Under the pieces are notes generated by a model that was not told the origin of the DNA, did no database searches, and was given only the letters and a program-made list of their open reading frames with translations. The position numbers and the translations under genes are program-made. From the NCBI GenBank assembly GCA_054600435.1, contig BAAIJX010000077.1:1-64000 (forward strand): 64,000 nt of DNA. The letters run 5' to 3'. The stretch is from Neophaeotheca triangularis (lineage: Eukaryota). Positions 50,701-60,862 of the stretch are shown one piece after another (within the stretch, counting starts at the first letter, position 1; the number at the start of each line of letters is the position of its first letter).

Positions 50701-51286
50701 AACCTACCCGCGTCGCTCTGAGGAGAGCAGCACAAACTCCGACCCGCACAACCGCTCCGGCGCCGCATCGAGCAAATACCCCAACACTGAGCCTGACCTC
50801 GACACCTACCCACCCCCAGATCTCCCAAATCACGCGGACGACCCAACCCAGCACCCAGAGAACCTTAACCGTGCCCCCTCCCTCGAACCCCTCGGCGACC
50901 TGGGCGGCGACTTCAACCTCCCCTCAAATTTCAACTCCCGCCACAACTCTCGCGCCTACACCCGCAATTCCGGCACTTCCTCTCACCATCCCAGCACAAC
51001 CGCCCACCCAATGGGTACAGACTGGCTACGCGCAGTCGACGAACTCGACTGGAATGCCAACAACAACAACAATAACGACAGCAGCGGACCAGGCGTCCCT
51101 CGTAAAAGCTCCCGGCGCCAGCCGAGCATGGACTTCCATCCTCGGGGCCCTGGCGGTGCTGTTGGCGACGAGGAAAGACCCGCAAGCTTTCATGTCAGCA
51201 AGCACAAGGCTGGCGATAGTTTGCATCGGAATTCTCTGGGCGCACAAGCGGGTTTGGGCGAGCGGAGGGCCGAGTTTGACGAGTGA
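47798..51286 (+). CDS. TRP-like / flavin-carrier (FLC) family multi-pass membrane protein
   Basis: Signal peptide, Cys-containing luminal ML-like domain (LACVTANITPDLG), TPGFGDCLQYIQF motif, YGPLYNTY, multiple TM helices and a long disordered tail; 1162-aa ORF. Confidence 0.85.
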   Translation: MAYPPRRPAASLWQAILLSTILLALLPRIAFGAYLNFENCLSDSVLNSDPLRLQFVPLYFRAYFDLDNPSHNLNITVFGNVSGQSVQGDYPPPDDPSWDDDGSRFGKINDVGSTEQKRSTLLWTSDLLTYTAYDAPPQRFCNTLLNGTEDSDGWECPLGPVFFANESDPLSLPAFTVEHDFNSEYSFGTLETRIRVLAGDVAATELACVTANITPDLGSQIKGLITWLPAVILIVKGVATLTAAIWSPWGSMDIFRWSSNYGRDEDLLRLVTPGFGDCLQYIQFVTLTGALTLQYPGFFQPAVSQTAWSLLLFNESFVSHEDGYQSLVDGVYTTDGTYGLTKMSQLIGMSHVRDMWACMAVWLLVIAVIVVVLCQLGFLGRWIYRKITDTSEEDLQSKNLPFTAGNMIRLLFNFFILPIVAISLFQLVVAPRSPTSVVVMAVILLLVMIVSAGWILNVIFRTKPRTILFDDMPTVLLYGPLYNTYSDSAAPFALIPAFITFMRGVAIGAVQPSGIAQIIVLAICEVILVLTLNAFRPFQGQTSMNAYHTFFACVRLVTILLSIAFVPNLDVDEASKGWIGYTILLLHACVLVFGFFLAAAQSIVEVILRSCGVAGDPQQGAIRGSILNMRMLKKRKDRPNTHDRGSMTSNAAILQDTHANHYGGGRSRSMSASSQQLLNQAGGNAASVSNRMSGADHFGESERMGSPDQEGFPAFAAGATGRSGGGGKGDTAVTTETFYRAPRQRRPTGDLFPPGAKSRESGAPPDNAYEDTTPYGGPDRGSGSDNPSPAPVYFRDRGFSDADEDMGPRPDYAVREVDQYYRGGALNNMPTRKLKTGPADPEGPAANAQSWFQRIRFGKKQKAKSGGGFEVVRSSRMPPGAGIPHNNQGHEDQEGHELQTSPRMNDGRYADSPQNERQAHLGAQEDYQDSNSDDFTDRGFSFGFTDGGLQDGGTSGYPHQRGKSADISTYPRRSEESSTNSDPHNRSGAASSKYPNTEPDLDTYPPPDLPNHADDPTQHPENLNRAPSLEPLGDLGGDFNLPSNFNSRHNSRAYTRNSGTSSHHPSTTAHPMGTDWLRAVDELDWNANNNNNNDSSGPGVPRKSSRRQPSMDFHPRGPGGAVGDEERPASFHVSKHKAGDSLHRNSLGAQAGLGERRAEFDE

Positions 51287-52805
51287 GAAGGCGAAGTCGG
51301 GAGGGGGGGTTTTCTGGGGAGTGTTAACGAATTTTCTTGATTTTTTTGGGGTGGACTCGGAACTCGGTGCTGCACCTTGCATGCCACTTCGGATGGCAGG
51401 TTTTGGTTTTTACTCGGCAAGAAAATTTTTGGTGGGCTTCTCGATTTAGCGATGGCGTTTGTTGAAGTGTTTTTGCTTTTTCTGACTGGATTCTGTACGT
51501 GGCTGTTTACATGGATGGGTCGATATGAATGGCTGACTGTGTGGTTTTGTAGATATGTACATGTATGCTTTCGATACTAGTGGGTGTTTTGTAGAGAGAG
51601 GGTTTTGCAGCTTTGCAACTATCGCCGGTGCTTGCGGTGGATGCTTTCGTCATATATATTCGGACTCTGACATTTCCTTCCATCCAATACGCTTAGTAAA
51701 GCGGGCAGTCATGAACCGCGCAGAAGGGTTTAGACGGTTTCTGGAGAGCTTAGTACTGCAGTGAAGGAAAATCAGGAGACGCAGATCTCTCACCCAGTGC
51801 TCGACGGCTGGTCTGGACCTCTATTCAATATTCGAACAATGGCTGTCGTCTTGCCCGGCTCCCAAAAACTTCGGTCTCTTCTAATGTGCTTGAGGAGGAG
51901 CTGCAAATGTCGCAAGATGATTCGGAAGTTTTTTAAGGGGTTTCATCGGGTGCTGTGGCGGACGCTTGTCGTGGACATGCTATCCGATCGGCAGTTCTCT
52001 TCGATGCTCTGACTTGACTCTGGATCTCGCAACTATATTGGTTCTCGTCTTGCTCGGTTTCAGATCTGACCGTTCATCTGATGCTTCCGAGTGAGCGGTT
52101 GGGGAGTTCGGGAAGTAGAAATTTGTGGCGACGTGGTGTGGCCACGAAAGCATCTGATCTCTTTTAGTAGGAAGAGCGTGACATGGGTCCCTGACGGGAT
52201 ATGGTAATCACTCCGATCAGGTCCAGGGTGGAATGTCGCTCTTACAAGAAGCTGGAATTAGGGTAACTATCTGATCGGTCAACGCTTGATAGTGGTATTC
52301 TAAGAGGAGGATCTCATCGTACGCAAGATACCTGTCGGAGATATGTACAGTGGAAAGCATCTTTTTCGAAATACTCATGAGGATTGAGCTAGACAAAGTC
52401 ACAACAAATCTCGCCATACTACACACATACAAGTCAACTCTATATACTAGGTTACTACTAGCAGGCGAATAAATTTGTTTGCTAGTATATAGCAAACGTC
52501 GACGGTAACTCGATCAGAGGACACACATAGTGAGTACTTGTAGGCCGTGATGAGATCGGATGAAAAAGCCGTAACCGCATAGAAGCGGTAATGCGATCAG
52601 AGGACACAAGCCGTAACCAAATGCAAGGGCGAATAGCGTTGACCGTGGAAGCATCGAGGAATACTATATCTACGCCTTGCTCTCCTGCAAATTTTCTCGA
52701 CCTACAACCATCAACCCATTTCCCACATTCTACATCTACCGACCCAAATCACCAATATCAAAACATCCAACCTCCTTACCCGATCATCCAAATCACGTTT
52801 CAACG

Positions 52806-53225
52806 ATGCCAACCATGTCCGACGAACACTACAAACGCTCCCATCCGGCCGGGGACTGGCGCAAACCCAAGAAAATTCGCCGTAACTATCTTGTCGCAAA
52901 CGGGATGCTGGCATCCAAATCCGCGAGATCCACTCAACGTCAAGAAGATGACAAACCTCGCCGTCCGCCCGGCCATCAGAGCAAGTCAACGCACTTTGGC
53001 CGCAGCGCCCTTGCTCCAGACGACATACTCCCAACTGTATCTGAAAGCTTTCCGGACGAAAATCCGTTTCGGCATGTCGTCATCGGCTCGAAGGTAGGAT
53101 GCTCTTGGTACGGCGACGTCGATTTGCAGGGCGAAAGCGGTGAGGGCGTTGCAGACGATGGTACCACGATATCTCAAGGCCGTTCGGACGAATCCACCTG
53201 TCAGAATTTCGTCCAGGGCTTGTAG
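52806..53225 (+). CDS. Possible small hypothetical protein
   Basis: About 139-aa ORF starting MPTMSDEHYK with no recognisable domain. Confidence 0.25.
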   Translation: MPTMSDEHYKRSHPAGDWRKPKKIRRNYLVANGMLASKSARSTQRQEDDKPRRPPGHQSKSTHFGRSALAPDDILPTVSESFPDENPFRHVVIGSKVGCSWYGDVDLQGESGEGVADDGTTISQGRSDESTCQNFVQGL

Positions 53226-54219
53226 GCGGCGTGCTCGGGGTTACCGCCTGTCATCACTTGCGACGAAAATAGGGGGTCAGAGCCCGGGAGAAGTGGGCAT
53301 GTCCTTGTTCGGACGGGGATGCAGTGTTCTGAAATGCAAAGTTAGCGATATATGACTGTGTCCTTCTTGGCCAATATCACTTACTGCTTCACCATTTTGA
53401 TCCTTTCATTCAGTGCAAAGCTTCTTTAGTTCAGTGCAAAGCTCACTCTTTTGCCCTTCTACTTTCAGAGCTTTCTTGACTTAAAACGAAACGGCCTTTG
53501 CTGAGTTTCTTAATAGCGATCTAGATGCATCATCCCAGGATGCAAAGTCAAGCATACGTGACTTTGACTTTCTTAGTCAGATTCGCTGAGTCTTCGCCAA
53601 CTCGATGCTTCACGCTTTTGTTTGTGCGGGTGTAGGTTTCACTGCTCTGGCTTTTGCTTGGGGTAAAGCCTAGCCTCTGAGATTTCTTCCGATGATGCTT
53701 CTTTTACTTTGTTATAGAAGGGCTTTGATGAAGTTTCTCGAGGATTAAGAGACCATCACCCCGTTGCGAGTGCTCGCTGTAAACTTACATTCTCAAGCCA
53801 CCACCATTAATGCCCTTTTCATTTCGTCTCTTTCATCGGAAAAGTCAGCGGTCGCCTCGGGCCAAGCTTACCTTCATCCTAAAATGATCGTTTCAAACTC
53901 TCATACTCGACAGTGGACTGTGGTGTCCTCCTGAGGAGGTACGGCAGTAACATCGAATATTGACAGTCGATTGAATGCATAGGCTTGCAATTGGGAAGGC
54001 GACTTCTATCTTTGACATCCAAGTGTCAGACCTGCACTCTGTCGGCGGTCTTGAAGCCATGCGGCTGCGATATACTTCGTTGTTCTCGGATTGCCAACTC
54101 GTGTGACTTGCAACGAAATCTTGGATGCAGCTCAAGTGGTGAACAGGAGTAGGCTCTAAGCATCGTGGATCGAAGCCCGCCTCCTTCAAGTGATACGTCA
54201 TTGCCTTGGGCTGTGTGAT

Positions 54220-56195
54220 TCAACCGTTCCAACTCCCAACAGCGCCTAGTGAAGCCCCGAGGCTTGTCGAAAACCCCTTCCCTGGAGTTCGAGAGCTCTT
54301 TCCAATGGTAACAGGAGACGATGCATGGGTAATACTTGCTCGCCTCCCAGGTTCCGGGAGAGGGCGTGTAGAATGGTCGGGCGAGTTTAATAATGGGTTG
54401 CCCGCGCTGGTCTCTTTGCCGTCAGCACTTCCGCGGAAAGATTTCCCGTCACCACAAGCAGGCGCGGAATGCTGCCGGGACACGAGAGCAGAGACTTCAG
54501 AAATGGTTGCATCCCCACGAGGCCCCTTGTTCAACTCTCCTTCCTCCTCGTCCCCGTCCTTAGCCACCTCTTCATCCTCCCCGAAGCCTTTGCCCTCAAT
54601 GAGCCACCAAACAGGCACAGCGGCAGCCACAGCAATCCCAGTCAGCAACCACCAGGGCGCAATAATGTAGCCCTGCTCGACACCCCAAGTGAAAACTGCT
54701 CCGGTGACCGCAGGACCCACAGCTCTGCCAATAGCAGAAGTAGAGACCGCGATGCCATTCAGAGTGCCCAAGACCCTCAAACTGCTCGCAGAGTTCGTCA
54801 ACAAGATTGTCGAACACGGGAAACTGAAGATCGCACAGAAGCCTTTCAGAACGTAGATTACGAAGCAAGTCCATTTGGCTGACTGCTGCGTTGGTAGGAG
54901 TGCTGTGAAAGGTACTAGAAAGTAAGTGATTGGGAAACCGATGGCGCAGACTTTGAGGCAGTTGAGCGATCCGAAGCGGCGCACAAGGGGTGGGAAGAGC
55001 ACGAGTTGCGTTAGCAAGCTGATGATGCCGTAGAGGGTGCTGAGGAAGCCAATCTGGGCTGAGGTCAGACCAAGGCCGCCGGAAAACTGAAAGGCATTGG
55101 TGGAGGAAGCATTGAGGTGGTTTTGGGGATTTGAAGTTGAGTGGAGGCGCGGGTAGTGCATGAAGACTGCGAGGATCTGGTCGCAGACCAGAGTGTGTGC
55201 GGCGAGGAGGGTGTAGACGACGAGGTTGATGACGGATTGCCGGTTGAGAACTTCGCGGTACGAGGGAGCGGGAAGAGAGGGTTTTCGAGTCTTGTGCGCA
55301 ACCATAGTGTCTTCGTCGTCGGAGTAGACTCGCTTGATGAGAGGGTCGGTCTCCCCATCCCCTTGCTTGGCTAGGTCCCGCAGAAGATGTAACAGCTCTC
55401 CTAGCTTAACGGCGTGATGGCTGATGCCACTTGTAATCTTTTTCCCCAGCAAGATTCCGTAGTCTCGGTTATGTTTCTTGCTTTCCAGCGTCTCTTTCAA
55501 GAACAAGACTCCAGTCACTGACCCAATGCCGAAAAAAGCAGCCGAGACGATGTTTGGCAGCGCATAAGGGTACTTTACTAACAATCCACCTTTGCCTCCC
55601 ATCTCTTCTGGCTCGAGTCCCAACGGATTCGCCAAGACGCCTCCAAGTATCGGTCCTAACACGCTGCCTACGTTCCATACCAAAGGCATCACGCTGAAAG
55701 CCCGGGGCTGCAACTCCTTGTATGGCACCATTTCCGCAACAGTCGTCCTTATAATGCCTACGTTGCCTGCACCAGCTCCCATCAGCCCCCTCGCTATCAA
55801 CGCCTGTGTCATGCCTGTGCTAAAGCCAAATAGCAAGCTGCACATCAGTGTCGTTGTCAGTCCCAGTAAGATGGCAGGCTTTCGACCATAGCGATCCGAC
55901 CCTCTGCCCCAGGGTATCCCCATAGCGGCTTGGCTGAGTGAGAAGACGGAGCCGCAGAAGCCTGCATATTTCGGAACGCTCGAGGCCGGGATGGAGAACG
56001 ACTATATCATTTCCGGCAGGTAGGGGAAGATGGAGGTTTGGGCTAAAGGTTCGGCGAAGCGGCAGACGGCTGGATCAATGAAACGGTTAGCATTGATGAT
56101 CTCTGTCGACAGGGCTTATCTCGATTCTCACCCAGAATGGCCAGCTGCTGGTAGGGTAGCTTTCGTTCATGGAGGCTGCTCTCCGAGGTGGCCAT
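54220..56195 (-). pseudogene. MFS transporter (DHA1/TetA-like) with in-frame premature TAG at 56002-56004
   Basis: ATG 56195 (MATSESS..LPYQQLAIL), intron about 56070-56131, then AVCRFAEPLAQTSIFPYLPEMI*SFSIP..; motif A WGRGSDRYGRKP; 567-aa intact remainder. Confidence 0.8.
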
Positions 56196-59100
56196 GATGA
56201 GTATGGATATGAGAGAGGCATAGGTGTAGCAAGGGTGTCCCTCCAACAGCAGGCATTTCAAGTAGCCGAAGTTGTTTGCTATCTATGTACGATAGGGTAC
56301 GGTAGGGTTAGTCACACAGCCTCATGCACAGCCCGCAGTCAGATTGCCAACGAGGTGTTCAAGTAGGTGCAGGAGGTACCTGCCTTCAGGTCTTGTCACT
56401 GTGTAGATGTGGGGTTTATCGTTTGGCGTGGCATGTGATAGGCATATCGGTCCGTTCAAGCCGTTGTGGATCTGGACTGCTGGATCTGGAGATATCGAAC
56501 GACATGCCATTGGATTGTGGTGACTACTTTCTCATGCACTCTTCCTGTGATACCCAAAGCTTCAAGAATAAGACTTGAGTTCCTTTGGATGATATCTAAA
56601 GCAGAGCTTCTCATCTCTTACGTGATATTGTGCAGTCTTCCACGGTGGTGATGACAACCTTTACCGACCTCCATCTACGCAAAGCAACCGCGCGACAGTG
56701 GAACCACTCTCACCCACAGCATCACCATCAACCCTCCAAAATCCACAAAGTGAACTGGGCCCTGGTCTTGGCCTTGAGGCGGAATTACCGCAGGCAGAGC
56801 GATATGATTGACCACGTCATTGTCATTCGTAAGGACCAAATCAATGCAGACTTGGAGCCCGTGGACAGCGGAGTCCATGTCGTAGTAGCTGGATGCGACA
56901 CACGCGTCCCAATTAGCGCCGCTGTCGTAAGACTCCGCGTAGCACCTGTCGTAGCGTTTGTTGTTGCTGCCGATGTTGCCGGGATTCCAGTGAGTTGAGG
57001 AAGTGGGCGGCATCTTGAGCTGTGAGCTGTTAGTTGTGCTCTGGAAGGTCTTGAGAGAAACACTTACTTTCCAAATAGTTTGTGTTGCATATGATGAAGA
57101 GTGTGGTTGGTGGTGAGTTCGAGCACCGACGGCCCGGCGTAAATGGTGCTCAGTCAGCGCACAATCCTCACGTTGAACGCAGCCGCGAATAGCGTTCTCA
57201 CACAGACAACGTTTCGCCTCGTCTAAGACCACAGCAAAGCTTGGTATTCTCTCTTAGAGGCTTAAACATCCACGACATGCTCGCCATGGGAATTGGTGTG
57301 TGTTCTACCGTAGGTATAGCTATGCTGAGAAGGTTCTTGTATCGTCTTCAGTTGCCTGGATATTCGTAAGGCAGCGGGACGTTGTCTGCGAACAAACATC
57401 GGCTCTCGTTACCAAAGATGAGCTCACACTACTATCACGGTGGACATTGATGAAAAGAGATTTGCACTGGTCAATTGTGACTACTGATTTGACGCATCCA
57501 CACTCTGCTCCCTCAACTGTCCCCGCCCATTGCAAGTTGTATTTTCCGTGCTTCATGCGACACCACCCGTCCCAGTATACTGCCTTCTTGCTCACCCAGT
57601 CCATTCATGCGCCTGTGTATCCCGGACGTTACCACTCACTCAAACGGTCATAGCCAGCTCCTCCGCCATGGGCGCTCAATCAAACGAAACGCACAGAAGT
57701 CATCCTGCGTCTGTCCAATTGTGTCTCATGGCAGATGCTTTGAACTCACCTAACGTGCCGAAGTCTGGATCCATCTGCGTGCAGTTGGAGTTGTCGTAGA
57801 TCTGCAAGACCACTATTAGCAAAGAGACACCAAAGGTGCGTTCATTAAAGCAAGAAGGGGGGGAGGGAGAGGGGTCGTAGTCAGACGAAAGATGGTTGGA
57901 TGCCGTCAGCGCGCCATTGGCGCTCAGTATGAAAAGCACTCATTGCTGTCATCACGTAGAAAGAGGGAATGAGGGGAGATGGTTAAGACTCACCACCTGA
58001 TCCTTTGCTGTCGTCGTTCCAAGGAGCTTTCTGCTGCGCTTCGATCGTCTTATCCACAGACGCGACTTTAGCAGGGTAAACCAGTCTAGGCTTCTTGTTG
58101 CGTATGTGTGCGAAGTTGCCGTTTCCTGAGGGTCAGCCCAGTTTTGACCAATCAGAGTTAGCAAGAAGCTCGCAGCTCCGAACGCGGGTCATCCTTGCGG
58201 AACGTAGAAGGACACCGACCTTGCGCATCGATCGGACGATGTCGTTGAGCCCGCCAGACGTCCATATCTTTTCTGGGGTATCCTATGACCTTGCTCTTTC
58301 TGCTTCGTACGGGGAATCGTTAACGCGCGGATGCGTACGTGTGAGTGATGTTGGTGTTTTTGAGCCTTGCGAACACTGCTTGACAGAAAAACTCGATCAA
58401 TCCGAAATTCTGCGTCTTGAGGTAGCTACACCTGTCGAAATGTTTGTTGTCAGCAAAGAACTTTCGACGTCAGTCTGGCAAAAGGACAAGACAGGGCTCG
58501 CATCTCAGACACCGCCCGATATCGCACTTTTCATGCGGATCTCGCGCTTCATTAGAAGCTCAGTCGTTGGGGTTTTGTCATCATCGATAACGCAAAGGGG
58601 GATAGTAAAGGTACTTACAAGTATCTTTGTCTAATGACCATCCTCATTTCCAGAAAAGACTTGCGTGATCTCTGTCCCTCTTGGTCTTGCCGTTACACTG
58701 AAAGAGGTACTTTGGGGTCTGTTGATTTGATCGTCGCGTTGTCATGGGTTGCTAAAATGCTTCAGCAAAATCACGCGCCTTGAAGATGCAAGAGCAATGT
58801 ACCTTGAGTATCCAGACCGCGGAAGTGGAGCCCTGCGAGTTTGGTAGTCTCGTCGGAAGATCGTTGACGTTGCCTCTAAGCGCGGATCCATGGGCGTAGG
58901 GAAAGTGAAAACGGGTTCTGGTGATGGGGCGTGAGTCAGCCTTTGCTCTTCAGGGATGATGGAAGCGAAGGGTTAAGTGCCCTGCTCTTTCTTCCGAAGC
59001 TTCTGCGGTACTGGCAGTTATTCGGAGGCTTTAGGAGCGGATGGATTGTGCACGCTTTCCAGATAGGCGCAGACGTTGCGATATCTTTGGTGGTCTAGAC

Positions 59101-59625
59101 GAGATGTGTTAGCAATGCTGATTTAGTTTGATTCAACAGAAGCTGGCGGCGGCAAGCTAAGCTTTCAGAAACTAACATCTTTTTTATCTCCGTAAGTGCA
59201 TCGCTCATTGCGCTGGCTGTCTGCCCGTAGGTGTTGACGCCGCACTCGATAATTTGTATAATCACAAAGCAGAAAGGGATCAAATGAACAAAGTACACTC
59301 ACTAGGCTTTTTCTTGTCACAATCCAAGCTCGTGAGTCACCGGAAGCTCTCTTGTTTGTAGGAATTGGAAAGGATCGCAGACCATGTCGACGGTTCGTGG
59401 GAAAGGTCATAGCGACGGAAAGATAAGACTGATGGTCGATGGCCCATCCTCAGTCAATCGTGCGGCAGCTCTCTGTGTGACGCGACCGCCCCATCTGTGA
59501 TTTGTACCTTGTTAGCTAGAACGAGAAGGCATGAACAGACCGGAGCTCACCATCGAATTCTTCACTCCACTTTTCTCGGACCAAGGCTGCTCCAGCTGAG
59601 CGGGAGCGATGATCATCTCTGGTGA

Positions 59626-60862
59626 CTTGAGGCCCGCCCACCTCAAGCCTGCGGCAGCCCTTGCAAAGAGCACGTACGATGCTGCCGCCCCACTGGAATC
59701 CTGGAAAAGTCAAGGGCGTTAGTACATCATTGAGCCGTCGGCATGAAAAGAGAACTCACTACGAGTAGGAAGGGGCCCGCCCACCACCATCCATACGACA
59801 GCCCTGGCCCAAAGGACGCAAAAGCTCGCTGTCGCCCCACTGGAATCCCTAGGCAACTGTTAGCTTTCGAACGTTGCTTGTTGGAGGAGACTCACCTCTG
59901 TTGTCACTTATCAGACTGGGAGTCCGTCCCCAAGTGGCTGGGGTCCCGCCCACCCTCAGCCGTGCGGCAGCCCAGAAGCTTTTTGCTGCCGTCCCGCTGT
60001 CTGTCGAAGTGTCAGACTGCTCTTGCTCAGGGGGGGGACACGTACCTATTTCGCAAAGCTGACACACAGATAGTCTGAGGGCCCGCCCTCCCTCAGCCTG
60101 CGGCAGCCCAGAGAACGTTCAGCTGCCGCCCCGCTACCTGTAAAAGTGTCAGAAGCTTTTCGGGGAGGAGACTTATCAGGTTCCTTGAAGTCGACCAGAA
60201 AAGATGGTCTGAGGTCCCGCCCACCCTCAGCCTGCGGCAGCCCAGAAAGCATTCAGCTGCCGCCCCGCTACCTGTGAAAGTGTCAGTAACTGCTTTTCAA
60301 AGGGGAAGCGGACGTACCTGGTATGAGGCAAACGACACACACTTGAATGAGGGCCCGCCCACCCTCATCCTGCGACAGCCCAGAAAGCATTCAGCTGCCG
60401 CCCCGCTACCTGTGAAAATGTCAGCAACTGCTTTCCAAAGGGGAAGCGCACGTACCTGGTTTCAAGAGACGCACACTTGGATGAGGGCCCGCCCACCCTC
60501 ATCCTGCGACAGTCCAGAAAGCCCTTCACTGCCGCCCCGCTCCCTGTAGGAATGTTAGTGCACTCACCTCGCCTGGCTGAGGTCCCACCCTCCCTAGCCC
60601 GCGGCAGTCCATGAAGCCCTCTTCTGCCGCCCCGCACTCACCTCGTCTGGCTAAGGTCCCACCCTCCTTAGCCTGCGGCAGCCCAACTGCTCGACGCTGC
60701 CGCCCCGCTGCCTGTGAAACGTGTCAGCTAAGAGTGCCTCGCTGAGTGAGATTCGGGTGAGAATACTGACTGACTTTGGATGCAGACGAAGCTGCGTTTG
60801 GAAGAGGGCCCGCCCACCCTCAACCATGCGGCAGCCCAGACGCTGAATGCTGCCGCCCCGCT
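59626..60862 (-). repeat. Tandem array of 10 GC-rich double-hairpin modules (mostly about 130-170 bp period) interleaved with intron-like spacers; candidate spliced structured ncRNA or leader
   Basis: Module starts on the + strand at about 59626, 59768, 59936, 60075, 60209, 60347, 60479, 60575, 60649 and 60803. Consensus: CTGAGGG-cccgccca-CCCTCAG-cct-GCGGCAGC-cc(var)-GCTGCCGC-cccgct. Confidence 0.85.

Noticed and set aside
6145..51449. Numerous antisense or overlapping ORFs in the ORF track (e.g. 6145-6840, 20605-21468, 49676-50494, 50595-51449)
   Set aside because: They are shadows of GC-rich real genes, with no independent domain signal.
59626..60862. CRISPR-array interpretation of the repeats
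   Set aside because: The context is eukaryotic, no cas genes are present, the repeats are degenerate, and the spacers are mutually similar and carry splice signals.
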